Notes: a model not told the origin generated them from the sequence alone. A stretch of 64,000 nucleotides of DNA from Verrucomicrobiota bacterium (GCA_047947115.1 CP170459.1:4672001-4736000), one strand, 5' to 3'. Positions 19,363-30,140 are shown, numbered from the stretch's first letter. Numbers and translations: made by a program.

Positions 19363-21741
19363 CTATGCTGCGGTAGTGTAAATGGCGTTTTCAAGGTCTC
19401 GAATAGCGGCGCGATAGGCGGCTTTTCCACCGAAAAACTGAACGATTTCGATGGGGGTGCCAAAACCGCGCAGTGGATCGACTTTGAGGACCTCCATGGA
19501 CTCGACGGTCTGGATGCCGCTGTCGGCGTATTTCGCAAGCAGCGCCTCAAGGACAACGCGGGCCTGCTCTCCGTATTTGCCGAACACGTTGCGCTTCTTC
19601 ACGTCGTCGGCACGTTCTTTGCGCGTAAGTGGCGGTTGGTCGTAGGCGATGTGGCAAATAAGGTCAAAGGCGTCGTAATCGCGCCCGACTTGGTCCGCCA
19701 ACTCGTCGAGGAAAAGTCCTTGGGCGGCCAGTTCGTCGATCAGGGCTTTTTTCTGATCGGCCGCGTTCCATCGGGTCAGAAAGTCGTCGAGCGTGGCAAA
19801 AGACTTATGCAGGGTCTTGCGGGTGTAGTCCGTGAGCGATTCGGTGATAAGTCGACCATCGGCGTCGAGGTATTGAACCCGCTCAATGGCGACGCTAACC
19901 TCCACGTCGTCGACGAAGTAGCATCTTGGTACCCCGGGTGCTTCGCCGCCGGGACCGTAGGGTGGTGGCGGTGGCTCTCCGATGATTCCCTCCGGGGGGT
20001 CTTCCCCGTCCCCTGGTTCGCCGGGCTCATCGGGCGGAACGACCGTTTCGCCTTCCTCCGGCTCGTAAATCTGAACGGGTTCACCATCGAAGTCGGGATC
20101 GGCGAAGAGCGCAGTGGCGCGTTTGAAATCCATGATGGTGAAGAAGAGCTTGTCGTAATCTTCGTTGATGCGAGTGCCGCGACCGATGATCTGTTTAAAC
20201 TCGGTCATGCTGTTGATACGCTTGTCGAGAACAATGAGGTGGCAAGTCTGTGCATCCACACCAGTGGACATCAGTTGAGAAGTGGTGGCGATGACCGGAT
20301 AGGTGGACTCGGGGTCGATGAAATTGTCGAGCTGTGCCTTACCCTCGTTGTTGTCACCGGTGATGCGCATGACATATTTGCTGTTCTCACCCGCAAGGTC
20401 AGGGTTGGCGTTGACGAGTGCCTGACGCATGCGTTCCGCGTGGTCGATATTTTCGCAGAAAACAATGGTCTTGGCGTAACGATTGGTGGCCTTGAGGAAT
20501 TCGGTGATTTTCGTAGCGACGAGATCGGTGCGCTTGTCGAGGACAAGATTGCGGTCCATGTCGCGTTCATTGTATTCGCGGTCCTCAATCTCAAAACCGT
20601 ATTTATCGAGCTTGCCCGCCTCCGGTCGCCAACCGTCGAGATCCTTGTCGAGGCCGATCCGGACAACCTTGTATGGCGCGAGGAAGCCGTCGTTGATGCC
20701 CTGACGAAGCGAGTAGGTGTAGATGGGCTCACCGAAGTATTCGATGTTGGAGACATCTTTTGTCTCTTTTGGTGTGGCGGTGAGACCTATCTGGGTGGCT
20801 GAGGTGAAATACTCGAGAACTTGACGCCAGGCAGCGTCAGCGGCGGCGCTGCCACGATGGCACTCATCAACAATGATCAGGTCAAAGAAATCAGGTGAGA
20901 ACTGTTTGTAAATGTTGCTGGCTTCCTCCGTGCCAGTGACGGCCTGGTAAAGGCAGAGATAAATCTCGTAGGACTTATCGACAGTGCGGTTGGTAATCTT
21001 TGTCATCGCCTGACCAAACGGCTTGAAGTCATTCGTCTTGGTCTGATCAGCAAGTATGTTTCGATCAACGAGAAAGAGGATGCGCTTCTTAGCGCCGGAT
21101 TTCCACAACCGCCAAATGATCTGAAACGCAGTGTAAGTCTTGCCCGTGCCCGTCGCCATGACGAGAAGAAGGCGATCCTCACCACGAGCAATGGCATCGA
21201 CCGTTCGATTGATGGCGTTAATCTGGTAATAACGTGGTTTCTTACCGCTGCCATCGTCGTAGTAGTCGAAAGTAGCGATGGCTTGCTGCTGAGGAGTATA
21301 CCCCTTGGAGGTGCAGTAACGTTGCCAGAGTTCTTCGGGGCTTGGGAACTTGTCGAGAGGAATCTCCCGTTCAACTGGATGTGCGCCAGGAGTTCGGTCG
21401 TGTTCGAGAAAACCATCACCATTGGAACTATAGGCGAAAGGAAGATCAAGGATCTCAGCGTAATCGAGTGCTTGTTGCATCCCTGCTCCGATGGCGTGAT
21501 TGTTGTCTTTTGCCTCGATGACGGCGATGGGAATATTCGGTTTGTAGAAGAGAATGTAATCGGCTTTTTTTGACTCACCCCGGTGCACGGTCTTCCCACG
21601 CACAATGACGCGCCCCTTGGTAAAGTGATGCTCTTCCAGGAGTTGGGTCATAACATCCCAGGAACCCTGCTTCTCTCTGTCGAGAGCAGGCGTAATGAAC
21701 TTGGTGCGGATGTCCGCTTCAGTCAGTGTTTTTTTGTTCAT
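19363..21741 (-). CDS. hsdR: Type I restriction subunit R (EcoAI-like)
   Basis: ADYIL..IAVIEAK nuclease motif, [28 protein letters not shown]; start taken at [14 protein letters not shown]. Confidence 0.93.
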   Translation of the reverse strand: MNKKTLTEADIRTKFITPALDREKQGSWDVMTQLLEEHHFTKGRVIVRGKTVHRGESKKADYILFYKPNIPIAVIEAKDNNHAIGAGMQQALDYAEILDLPFAYSSNGDGFLEHDRTPGAHPVEREIPLDKFPSPEELWQRYCTSKGYTPQQQAIATFDYYDDGSGKKPRYYQINAINRTVDAIARGEDRLLLVMATGTGKTYTAFQIIWRLWKSGAKKRILFLVDRNILADQTKTNDFKPFGQAMTKITNRTVDKSYEIYLCLYQAVTGTEEASNIYKQFSPDFFDLIIVDECHRGSAAADAAWRQVLEYFTSATQIGLTATPKETKDVSNIEYFGEPIYTYSLRQGINDGFLAPYKVVRIGLDKDLDGWRPEAGKLDKYGFEIEDREYNERDMDRNLVLDKRTDLVATKITEFLKATNRYAKTIVFCENIDHAERMRQALVNANPDLAGENSKYVMRITGDNNEGKAQLDNFIDPESTYPVIATTSQLMSTGVDAQTCHLIVLDKRINSMTEFKQIIGRGTRINEDYDKLFFTIMDFKRATALFADPDFDGEPVQIYEPEEGETVVPPDEPGEPGDGEDPPEGIIGEPPPPPYGPGGEAPGVPRCYFVDDVEVSVAIERVQYLDADGRLITESLTDYTRKTLHKSFATLDDFLTRWNAADQKKALIDELAAQGLFLDELADQVGRDYDAFDLICHIAYDQPPLTRKERADDVKKRNVFGKYGEQARVVLEALLAKYADSGIQTVESMEVLKVDPLRGFGTPIEIVQFFGGKAAYRAAIRDLENAIYTTAA

Positions 21742-22804
21742 GCTGCGTTCCTTCCTCGTTACTGCTTTCCTTTTCGCCGCCGCCAAGTCCCAGCACTTCG
21801 GCATCGAAGTCCGAAATGTAGAGGCGGTCCTGGACGATGCGGTATTTCTCGAATTCGGACTCGGCGTGGGCTTTGGCGATCTCGGCGGTGACTTTGCCGG
21901 CGTCCTGAAGGATCTCGCGGTCGGTTGCTTCGATGAATCGGTTGAGGCGGGTTTCCCAGTCCTGCATGGTCATGGGGATCTGTCGCTGTGCCATGTCCTC
22001 GGCGACGTCCAGGTAGGCGTTCACGAGCCGGGAGAGCTGAGCCATCTCGGGCTCGGTCAGGTAGTTCTTGGCGACACTGACATCGAACTTCTGGATCTTC
22101 CCGTGAGGAGCGTCACTCCACGTAGTAAGCCCCATGTGCTGTTTCTCTGCATCGGCCCGATCCACGATCACCTCGGCGGCGGTGTGACCGTGGATGGCCC
22201 AGTGGAGCTTGTTCTGCACGGTCGCGAAAAAGCGCTGAGTGGCGGTGGCGCTTCGGTCGTAGTCGATGGCGGTGGCGTAGATGTCGGTGATCTTCTGGTA
22301 GAACTTGCGCTCGCTGAGCCGGATTTCGCGGACGCGCTGAAGCTGTTCCTCGAAATACTGGCGTGTCAGGACGGTGCCACCGTGTTTGAGGCGCGCATCG
22401 TCCATGGCAAAGCCCTTGACAGTGAATTCCTTGACCACTGTGGTCGCCCACTTGCGGAACTGGACGGCTCGCTCAGAGTTGACCTTGTAGCCGACAGAGA
22501 TGATGGCAGAGAGGTTGTAGTGCTGCGTTTGGTAGAATTTGCCGTCAGTAGCAGTTATCCGAAATTTTCGGATAACTTCCATTTCCTCCAATTCACTGTC
22601 CTTGTACACCTTCTGCAGGTGGTAATTGATCGTTCGGACGTCGACATCATAGAGAACGGCCATCATTTTCTGGCTCAGCCAGACATTCTCGTCGGCATAA
22701 ACTGCCTCAACACCCCCTTCGCCCTTGGCAGTGATGAAAGTGAGGTATTCGGCCGCGGAAGAGCGCGTGATGGAGGTTTCCTTGTTGCCGGGCTTCTTTT
22801 TCAT
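21719..22804 (-). CDS. rhuM: RhuM family protein
   Basis: [62 protein letters not shown]. Confidence 0.9.
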   Translation of the reverse strand: MKKKPGNKETSITRSSAAEYLTFITAKGEGGVEAVYADENVWLSQKMMAVLYDVDVRTINYHLQKVYKDSELEEMEVIRKFRITATDGKFYQTQHYNLSAIISVGYKVNSERAVQFRKWATTVVKEFTVKGFAMDDARLKHGGTVLTRQYFEEQLQRVREIRLSERKFYQKITDIYATAIDYDRSATATQRFFATVQNKLHWAIHGHTAAEVIVDRADAEKQHMGLTTWSDAPHGKIQKFDVSVAKNYLTEPEMAQLSRLVNAYLDVAEDMAQRQIPMTMQDWETRLNRFIEATDREILQDAGKVTAEIAKAHAESEFEKYRIVQDRLYISDFDAEVLGLGGGEKESSNEEGTQHEQKNTD

Positions 22805-22890
22805 AATGCGACTCCAACCTTTTTGAGGATGTCACGGAGGACTTTGTCGGTTTTCTTTTCACCCTTAAATTTGTATATCAATCTCCCCAT
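22801..22890 (-). pseudogene. 29-aa remnant resembling an HsdM C-terminus, coupled to rhuM
   Basis: [33 protein letters not shown] overlap with the rhuM start; family assignment from memory only. Confidence 0.4.
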
Positions 22891-22916
22891 GATTTAACCA
22901 TTTATTATTTAGCAGG

Positions 22917-22945
22917 ATACTAGCGAGACAGCCAGGGTTTGGAAA
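22917..22945 (-). promoter_or_regulatory. Putative sigma70-type promoter TTTCCA-N17-TAGTAT (copy 2)
   Basis: Identical boxes and spacing to 16127-16155; heads the rhuM-hsdRMS block. Confidence 0.55.
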
Positions 22946-23320
22946 GAACGAACATCGGACATTTCACGGCATTTACTTGATGCCTCCGGTTCTCGGCACA
23001 GGTTTTATACAGTTGACCCAGAATCTGCGCTAAACCTTATCATCTCGTAGATAGCGGTTAATTTAAGTCCTCCCCCCCTCTTGGCATCTCGGTCCCGAAA
23101 ATGGTATACTGGATCCATGGAACCAGACACTTCCCCATCCCCTGTCGCGGTGAGTCGCGACGTGTCGCGATAATCTCTTTCTGTTGAGGAGGTGGTTTTG
23201 TTGTTCGTGGAGGCTGGACTTCCCCGCTCTCATCGATCCATTCAACGTGCCTGCAAGCGAGGTCATTTTGATGCCATTCTTGGCGATACGGAAAAAGGAC
23301 AACAGCATTTCATCACCCCG

Positions 23321-23427
23321 GATTCAGTTATTCGAAATTTTCGAATAACTGAATCTTCCGCGAGTTCGTTATCGGCGAAGACTTTCTTGAGGTGGTAGTT
23401 GATGGTGTGGGTCTTTACGTCGTAAAG
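23321..23427 (-). pseudogene. rhuM: Internal fragment of a second rhuM ending in a perfect 17-bp-arm palindrome
   Basis: [34 protein letters not shown] versus [34 protein letters not shown] in the intact gene. Confidence 0.75.
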
Positions 23428-23542
23428 GACATCAAGGAAAGACTATCCTGGAAAGCGACCAAGAATTCACCAGACGACAGGTCACTTCAAAATGTAACAC
23501 CATCGGCAATCAGCTTCGAGCAACAAAGACTATTGAATAATA

Positions 23543-23627
23543 TTAACCACAGATGCCGCCGATTTTCGCAGATGTTTTTTTAGGTTTCTCCTTAATATCT
23601 GCGCCCATCTGCTTAATCTGCGGTTAA
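23543..23627. repeat. Imperfect 31-bp inverted repeat built of three (G)CAGAT boxes; REP-like, possible terminator for apbE
   Basis: TTAACCACAGATGCCGCCGATTTTCGCAGAT (23543-23573) versus ATCTGCGCCCATCTGCTTAATCTGCGGTTAA (23597-23627). Confidence 0.6.
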
Positions 23628-23681
23628 AAAATCTCCTTTTCAATTCTTCATCCACCCATCGGCGGCTGGCTGAACAAACCC

Positions 23682-24724
23682 TCAACGCGCCGCCGGGTTA
23701 AAACCTTCGGTGATGTGAACCTGGCCCTGAGCATCCATCAGCATGACTTCTGTTTGGGGTTGTTCACGGATCAACCGCAAACCCTCGGCAGGCCCCAACA
23801 CAAAGACGGCTGTGGCGAGCGCATCTGCTGTTTCCGCCAGGGGGGCAATCACAGTCACTGATTGACAGCCATTGGCTGGTCTGCCTGTTCGGGGATCGAG
23901 GATGTGGTGATACCGCACTCCCTGGTGCATCCGAAAGTTTTCGTAGTCACCGGAGGTCACGATGGCTCCATCCGACATTTCCACCACCGTAAGAAACTGG
24001 TTCGAGTCTTTGCGAGGATGCCGGACGGCGACTCTCCATGGACGCCCGTATTTCAAACCGGCAACCAGAATATCCCCACCTCCATCAATGTAAAAATTGT
24101 TCAGCCCCGCCTTCCGGAGGACACGACCGGCACGGTCAATCCCATACCCTTTGGCGATGCCTCCCAAGCCAATTTGCATACCAGGCTTGTTTAATGCGAC
24201 CCGGTTTTGGTCGACCATGATCCTTCGGTAATCCACTCGTGCGACCGCCTTTTGAATGGTTTCCTCGTCGGGGGGGAGAACACCGGATCACGCAAGTCCC
24301 AAAGCTTACCCATTCCCTTCCATGTGATGTCGAAGGCACCATGACTCTTTTCGCTGATTTGTCGGGCCCGAAGAATGATATCACGCAACTCATCCGGAAC
24401 TTCGACGGGCTCTTTTCCGGCTTGATCATTAACGACGCTGACGGGTGAATCCGGCTTCCATTCGCTCATGATGGATTCAACACGCGCCACTTCTTCAAAG
24501 GCTGCCTGGATCTGTTCCTGAATCGCGGCATGGCTCATTTGGTTGGTGTGGGCCACCTGAATGATCCACCTTGTTCCCATGAGTTGTTTTTCGGAAACGA
24601 CAGGGCTCTCGGAATCAGAGCCCCTGTCGAGGCTTTGATACCCTTTCCAAGCAAACCACCCACCCACCAAAACGCCAACCAGGAACATACCCCCCAGACG
24701 GCTTATGTATGGCTTACGTTGCAT
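23682..24724 (-). CDS. apbE: FAD:protein FMN transferase ApbE; split by a 1-nt loss in a homopolymer (24270-24276)
   Basis: LMGT, GAFDIT, LGGIAKGYGID, VTSGDYE, YHHILDPRTG, ADALATA; one extra base gives SPPDEETIQKAVARVDY. Confidence 0.88.
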
Positions 24725-24760
24725 CAGGCATAATGATCATGCTTTGCTCAAAATTGGAAC

Positions 24761-25621
24761 TCAAAACACCAGTTCCACCCAGCGCTTTCCGGCTTTCAAT
24801 TCCGCCTTGCGCCGTTCCCATGTTTCTTTGGATCCCGCCACTTTGGCGAAAACTTCGTCGAGTTCGGCGCAGATGGATTCCAATCCCGCCACATAAACCT
24901 GGGTATTGGCCTCCAGCAGCATGGTCCAGATTTCCTCTCCGCGTGAAATCAAAGCACTGTGCCAATCAATCGCATCGGACCAATGTGGACGCTGACTCAG
25001 GGCGGTGATGGCTTCGAAGGTTTCGTTGTCGTAGTAGAGTGCAAAATCATTGCGCACATCATTCATATACAACAGATCCAATCCCGTTCTTCCCCCATGG
25101 AACAAACGAATGTGGCCTTTGTATTCGGGAACATGCTGGTAGAGATGCTTGATGAATCCGCGAAAGGGTGCGATTCCCGTACCTGCGCCGATGAGGATGA
25201 GTGTGGCATCCAGGTTGTCCGGCACTTCAAAAGCCAGACCATATGGACCGGTAATGATCAAGTCATCACCCGGTTTCAGATCACAAAGATAATTGGACGC
25301 AACTCCCCTGTATCGTTCCCCGTTATAGTCGTCAATATAATCGCAACGGCGGACACACAAGGGCAGGCGCACCTTTCCATCCGGTTGTTTTTCAGGCAGT
25401 CCGGCGACACTGTACAAGCGAAAATGATGTTCCAGCCCGAAGGAGCTGCCCCCTGGAGCCAACACGCCGAGGTTTTGACCCACTTGAATGGAAAACTCGC
25501 CCCCTCCCACATCCATTACAATTTCGCGGACCTCCTCCGATGAGTCGTCCGGGGTGATACGTTCCGTTGAGATCACCGTGGCGGTGAACTGTTTTGAAGT
25601 GTCATAATCCTGCAAACGCAT
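24761..25621 (-). CDS. Ferredoxin-NAD(P)+ reductase-like flavoprotein (plant-type/BoxA-like fold)
   Basis: RLYSVA, GVASNYLCDLKPGD, GPYG, GAGTGIAPFRGF, C-terminal RWVELVF. Confidence 0.85.
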   Translation of the reverse strand: MRLQDYDTSKQFTATVISTERITPDDSSEEVREIVMDVGGGEFSIQVGQNLGVLAPGGSSFGLEHHFRLYSVAGLPEKQPDGKVRLPLCVRRCDYIDDYNGERYRGVASNYLCDLKPGDDLIITGPYGLAFEVPDNLDATLILIGAGTGIAPFRGFIKHLYQHVPEYKGHIRLFHGGRTGLDLLYMNDVRNDFALYYDNETFEAITALSQRPHWSDAIDWHSALISRGEEIWTMLLEANTQVYVAGLESICAELDEVFAKVAGSKETWERRKAELKAGKRWVELVF

Positions 25622-25632
25622 AGTCTTTCCTT

Positions 25633-25839
25633 CTATTGAACTTGATTCTGATTCGCCCCATTGCAAGGAGTCGTACAATGACAACCGTGGCAGCGCATGC
25701 GGCCGGCCAGCACGTCCTCATCGGCGTTGGTGACCGCGAACACCCTTCGCCAAGCCAGTTGCACGATCAACCAGGCACAAAAAATGATCGTGATACCCAG
25801 GAACGCCTTGATTCCGCTTGTTAGCAAAGTGGACCACAT
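25633..25839 (-). CDS. Small single-TM Cys-rich protein (68 aa)
   Basis: Hydrophobic helix then CHGCHCTTPC; sits tightly between rnfA and the FNR gene. Confidence 0.6.
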   Translation of the reverse strand: MWSTLLTSGIKAFLGITIIFCAWLIVQLAWRRVFAVTNADEDVLAGRMRCHGCHCTTPCNGANQNQVQ

Positions 25840-25841
25840 AA

Positions 25842-26423
25842 CTAATTTCCCAATCCGGCAAATCCCATAAAACAAATCGACAACAACCCGGCCAGAATCA
25901 TGGCCAAAGCGGCACCCTTGACCATTTCAGGTGGACGGGCCAATTCCAGTTTTTCGCGCAGACCGGCCATCAGGATCAAAGCCAAGGTGAATCCCGACCC
26001 GGCTCCAACCGCAAACACGAGCGATTGTAAAAATCCGTATCCCTTGTTGGTTTGAAACAAGGCGACGCCCAAAATGGCGCAGTTGGTGGTGATGAGCGGT
26101 AAAAAGATCCCCAGTGCACGAAACAAGGCCAGGCTCATTTTCTTGATGAACATTTCCACCAATTGCACGGTGGAAGCGATCACCGCGATGAATGAAATCA
26201 ATTTCAAATACGGTGCGTCCATGGCGGTGAGCAGCGCGTTGATACCGAATGCGCACATTGAGCTGACCACCATGACAAAAGTCACCGCACCTCCCATGCG
26301 ACTGGCAGTTCCAAGCTTGGCGGACACGCCCAGAAACGGGCAAATCCCCAGGAAGTAGGCGAGGACAAAATTATTGACGAGGCAGGAGTTCAAGAATATC
26401 TGCCACAAGGAATCTTCATTCAT
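25842..26423 (-). CDS. rnfA: Rnf complex subunit A
   Basis: VNNFVLAYFLGICPFLGVS, LGIFLPLITTNCAILG. Confidence 0.93.
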   Translation of the reverse strand: MNEDSLWQIFLNSCLVNNFVLAYFLGICPFLGVSAKLGTASRMGGAVTFVMVVSSMCAFGINALLTAMDAPYLKLISFIAVIASTVQLVEMFIKKMSLALFRALGIFLPLITTNCAILGVALFQTNKGYGFLQSLVFAVGAGSGFTLALILMAGLREKLELARPPEMVKGAALAMILAGLLSICFMGFAGLGN

Positions 26424-27073
26424 ACCAAAGTCTCCTTAACGTTGGAAGTTTCAGAACGCGCCTTTGCCTGGGCGCGCCAATTAAAGAACAAAAGCCAGCC
26501 GGCCAGGGTGAAGAAACCTCCGGGAGGCAGAACCATCACCACCCAGGGCTGAAACGAACTGCCAAACAACGACACACCAAACAGGCTGCCGCTGCCAAGT
26601 ATCTCACGCACTCCCCCCAGGCAGAGCAGTCCCAAGGTGAAACCTGTGCCCATCCCCAACCCGTCCAGAAAGGAACGTCCCAGACCGTTCTTGGAAGCAA
26701 ACGCCTCCGCTCGGCCAAGGATCAGGCAATTTACGACGATCAGGGAAATAAAAGCCCCGAGCGCTTTGTGCAGATCCAGACTGATCGCCTGGATCAGGTA
26801 ATCAACCACCGTCACGAACGTTGCGATGATCATGATGAAGGAAACAATGCGCACCTGTTTGGGCACGATCTGTCGAACGGATGAAACGACCAGATTGGAC
26901 ATGACCAGCACAAAAGCGGTGGCCAATCCCATCGCCAGTGCATTGACTGCGGTATTCGTCACCGCCAAGACGGGGCACATACCGAGCACTTGAACGAACA
27001 CCGGATTCTGTTTCCAAATTCCTTTTAAGAATTCATCAGTGCCGGTCGGATGTTTCTGGTCGATGTTAGTCAT
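26420..27073 (-). CDS. rnfE: Rnf complex subunit E
   Basis: NPVFVQVLGMCPVLAVT, LIVVNCLILGRAEAFA, LPPGGF. Confidence 0.93.
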   Translation of the reverse strand: MTNIDQKHPTGTDEFLKGIWKQNPVFVQVLGMCPVLAVTNTAVNALAMGLATAFVLVMSNLVVSSVRQIVPKQVRIVSFIMIIATFVTVVDYLIQAISLDLHKALGAFISLIVVNCLILGRAEAFASKNGLGRSFLDGLGMGTGFTLGLLCLGGVREILGSGSLFGVSLFGSSFQPWVVMVLPPGGFFTLAGWLLFFNWRAQAKARSETSNVKETLV

Positions 27074-27076
27074 GGT

Positions 27077-27787
27077 TCATGGAGAACGTTTACCTTTCAG
27101 AAAGGCGTCCTTTTGAGCGTTCACTTTTGGCAGCCAAGAGGTGGAACTCTCCCGCAGCAGGGTCGCAGTGGCACGTGAGGTAATGGTCGCTCCCGAAATG
27201 CCGTCTATCTGCCAATCATCTGTTTTTTCGCCGGGTTTCACAAATTCAATAGGATTTGCCACCGACGATCCATCGGAAGTCAAACGGACATCCAAGGTCC
27301 CGAAATTCTTGAGAAACACAGGATCCGATTCAATGCGATCCCCCAGACCGGGAGTTTCCCGACTTTCCAGGACGCGAATACCAAGGATCGTTTCAGACTC
27401 GAAGGAATACCCATAAAGCAGGCGCACCACATCCTGATACCCCATCCCCTGCGCCTCGATGGCCAATCCAACCAATTGGTCACTCTCATCATAACCGGCG
27501 AACAAGAGTCCTCCGTTTTCCTGAGCCGACGGCACCGTGACAAATTGTTCCTGTTCATTCAGCATGAAAGCCTGCGTGGTGACGGCCCCGGGTAGGACGT
27601 CCTTAATGGCCTGTTCACGCATTTCGATGCGGTTCCGCTGGATGATGGGTTTGGTTCCCTCGTAAACGCCCACGATGATGAAACCGCACAGAAAGCCCAG
27701 TCCAACAACCGCCCGATACATCGGCCAGATCTTCGCCTTGTCGGCAACATGAGCCTTTTGAGCAGTATCCGTCGCGTCACTCATCAC
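27077..27787 (-). CDS. rnfG: Rnf complex subunit G (FMN-binding)
   Basis: N-terminal TM, ETPGLGDRI, IDGISGATITS flavinylation motif. Confidence 0.9.
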   Translation of the reverse strand: MMSDATDTAQKAHVADKAKIWPMYRAVVGLGFLCGFIIVGVYEGTKPIIQRNRIEMREQAIKDVLPGAVTTQAFMLNEQEQFVTVPSAQENGGLLFAGYDESDQLVGLAIEAQGMGYQDVVRLLYGYSFESETILGIRVLESRETPGLGDRIESDPVFLKNFGTLDVRLTSDGSSVANPIEFVKPGEKTDDWQIDGISGATITSRATATLLRESSTSWLPKVNAQKDAFLKGKRSP

Positions 27788-28803
27788 TCTAACCTCCCTT
27801 TCTGCGAGCCGTATACTTTGGGCTCAATCCAATTATCGATGTGAGTCGACGCGGCATTACCCAGAAGAATGGCATACATCACACCCTCAGGCATGCCTCC
27901 CCACACTCGAATCACCACCACCAACAGGCCAATCAACACCCCATATATCACACTCCCCAAATGGGTCATCGGAGAAGCGACCATGTCGGTGGCCATGAAC
28001 ACCGCGCCCAACATCAAGCCTCCGGACATCATCATAAAAACAGGACCGGCATAACGGCCTGGATCAGCCAAATGAAGCATACCACTGATCACCGCTACAG
28101 TGAACAAAACCGCAACAGGAATCCGCCAGTTCATCATGCCGCGGATGGCGAGATAAATCCCGCCCAATACAATCAATAACGCGCACGTTTCCCCGGCACT
28201 CCCCCCTACGGTACCGAGGAACAAATCTCGCGAAGATGTCAGAACTCCCTCAAACTTCCACGCGGACAAAGGCGTGGCGGCGGAGACAGCATCGTAGGCG
28301 GGTTGCGTGAAAGGCAGGGCCAAAGTGGAAGAAGGAAGCGACACGAATCGATTGGCAGGCATATCCGGCCAGGCCGTCATGGCCACCGGAAAGGCAGCCT
28401 GCAGAATGGCGCGCCCCACCAAAGCGGGGTTGAAAGGATTATAACCCAGCCCACCAAAAAGGAATTTGCCCAATCCCATTGCGGCAAACGCCCCGACCAC
28501 CACCATCCACAAGGCAAGACCGGGAGGCAAGGTCAGTCCGTACAACAAACCCGTGATCACAGCGGAACCATCCCCCACGCTGGTTGCCTGTCCGGAGAGT
28601 CGACAAAACATATGCTCGAAGGCGACACACGCGGCGACAGCGGTTCCGATGGTCAACAAGGCCGCCAGGCCGAACTGGTAAACGGCAAATGCGGCAACAG
28701 GCAACAAGGCCAACACGACATTGAACATGATGGTATCCACGCTGTGCCCGCTGGCAATATGCGGAGAACTACGAATTTCCAACACTTTCGTCCACTTCAT
28801 CAT
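27784..28803 (-). CDS. rnfD: Rnf complex subunit D
   Basis: SSPHI, FGGLGYNPFNPALVGRA, SAATPL, FMATDMVASP, PEGVMYAILLGN. Confidence 0.92.
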   Translation of the reverse strand: MMKWTKVLEIRSSPHIASGHSVDTIMFNVVLALLPVAAFAVYQFGLAALLTIGTAVAACVAFEHMFCRLSGQATSVGDGSAVITGLLYGLTLPPGLALWMVVVGAFAAMGLGKFLFGGLGYNPFNPALVGRAILQAAFPVAMTAWPDMPANRFVSLPSSTLALPFTQPAYDAVSAATPLSAWKFEGVLTSSRDLFLGTVGGSAGETCALLIVLGGIYLAIRGMMNWRIPVAVLFTVAVISGMLHLADPGRYAGPVFMMMSGGLMLGAVFMATDMVASPMTHLGSVIYGVLIGLLVVVIRVWGGMPEGVMYAILLGNAASTHIDNWIEPKVYGSQKGRLE

Positions 28804-30140
28804 GCCGGTGCCTTTGCTTTGCGGACCACCATTTTGGCAACCCTGATTTTTTGGACCAAAGGAATATGGGAAGGGCACACAAAAGTACAACATCCACACT
28901 CAAAACAATCCATCAAATGAAAATCTTCGACCATGCGTTGATGCTTTCCAGCAGAAGCCAGCAGCCCCAATTGTGATGGATTCAGGAAGATCGGGCAGAC
29001 ATCCACACAGTAAGCACATCGGATACATGGATACTCCTTGCGCGTTTTCAATCGGCCGCTTTCGTGTTCCGTAAAAGCGATGATGCCGGTGGTTCCTTTG
29101 GTCACTCGAATATCAAGACTCGAAACCGCCTGCCCCATCATCGGACCGCCCAGGAAAACGCGTGTAATATCCTCTTCCACACCGACGGTCTCCAACACAA
29201 ACCGCAACGGAGTGCCGATTTGAATGCGGTAATTCCCCTTCTTCTTCACACCTGGACCCCCAACGGTGATGACACGTTCCTGAATACCGTTACCATTGGG
29301 GAGCAACCGGCCTATCTCGGCAGTCGTGCCCACATTGACCACCACGGCATGGACATCCAGTGGCAGCTTGCCCGAGGGAATCTGCCGTCCGGTCAAAGCC
29401 GTGATCAACATTTTTTCGGCGCCTTGCGGGTATTTGACGGGAAGCACCACGACTTCGGCAGGCAGATCCTTTGGTTTGCCACTTCGGAGGGCCTCTGCGG
29501 CATCCGGTTTATTGGATTCGACGGCGATGATCACGCGCTCTGCTCCCGTGGCACGCATCAGGTAGGAGATTCCAGCGTATATATCCGCAGTGTGCTCCAA
29601 CATCACGCGATGATCCGTCGTCAACATGGGTTCACATTCGGCTCCGTTGATGATCAACGTGTCCACGTGTTTACCGTCGGGGATTTTCAATTTTGCGTGA
29701 GTCGGAAACCCTGCACCACCGAGCCCGACGACGCCGGCTTGTTGAATCGCATCGACGATTTCCTCCGGCGTTGCAGTGGCAGCATCACAAGGTTTGCCCT
29801 CCGCAATCTCCTGGGTGGAAGCGGCAAAAGGTTCGATAAAGATTCCTTTGACCATGCGTCCTGTGATACTGGGCACCAGACTGATGCTTCGAACCGTGCC
29901 CGATGCGGGCGCATGCATGGCCACCGAAAGAAACCCATCGGGTTTTGCGATACATTGTCCACGCATAACTTCCTGACCTTCCCTTACAATCGGAACGGCG
30001 GGCTTGCCTATGTGCTGCGACAAAGGAACAGCCAAGGTGCCGGCAAAGGGAAACTGGCGTATGGCCAATCCACACGTTTCCTCCTTCAAGCCCGGCGGAT
30101 GTATGCCATGGGCGAATGTTTTACTTCCGAAGAAGACCAT
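28800..30140 (-). CDS. rnfC: Rnf complex subunit C
   Basis: LSQHIG, GVVGLGGAGFPTH, NGAECEP, YPQGAEK, GGPMMG, two 4Fe-4S motifs. Confidence 0.93.
   Translation of the reverse strand: MVFFGSKTFAHGIHPPGLKEETCGLAIRQFPFAGTLAVPLSQHIGKPAVPIVREGQEVMRGQCIAKPDGFLSVAMHAPASGTVRSISLVPSITGRMVKGIFIEPFAASTQEIAEGKPCDAATATPEEIVDAIQQAGVVGLGGAGFPTHAKLKIPDGKHVDTLIINGAECEPMLTTDHRVMLEHTADIYAGISYLMRATGAERVIIAVESNKPDAAEALRSGKPKDLPAEVVVLPVKYPQGAEKMLITALTGRQIPSGKLPLDVHAVVVNVGTTAEIGRLLPNGNGIQERVITVGGPGVKKKGNYRIQIGTPLRFVLETVGVEEDITRVFLGGPMMGQAVSSLDIRVTKGTTGIIAFTEHESGRLKTRKEYPCIRCAYCVDVCPIFLNPSQLGLLASAGKHQRMVEDFHLMDCFECGCCTFVCPSHIPLVQKIRVAKMVVRKAKAPA

Larger units (their letters stand above)
9096..23500. mobile_element. 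tRNA-Gly-anchored defence island remnant (no integrase visible; right boundary approximate)
   Basis: Starts right after the tRNA 3' end; packed with RM/defence genes and gene stubs; visibly mosaic base composition; housekeeping genes resume at apbE. Confidence 0.7.

Noticed and set aside
18601..20802. 733-aa plus-strand ORF
   Set aside because: Antisense shadow of GC3-rich hsdR/hsdM; no recognisable motifs
21695..22897. 400-aa plus-strand ORF
   Set aside because: Antisense shadow of rhuM
23640..23660. Possible attR copy of the tRNA 3' end (ATTCTTCATCCACCCA)
   Set aside because: Similarity to ATTCCCTTCACCCGCTCCA is too weak to separate from chance
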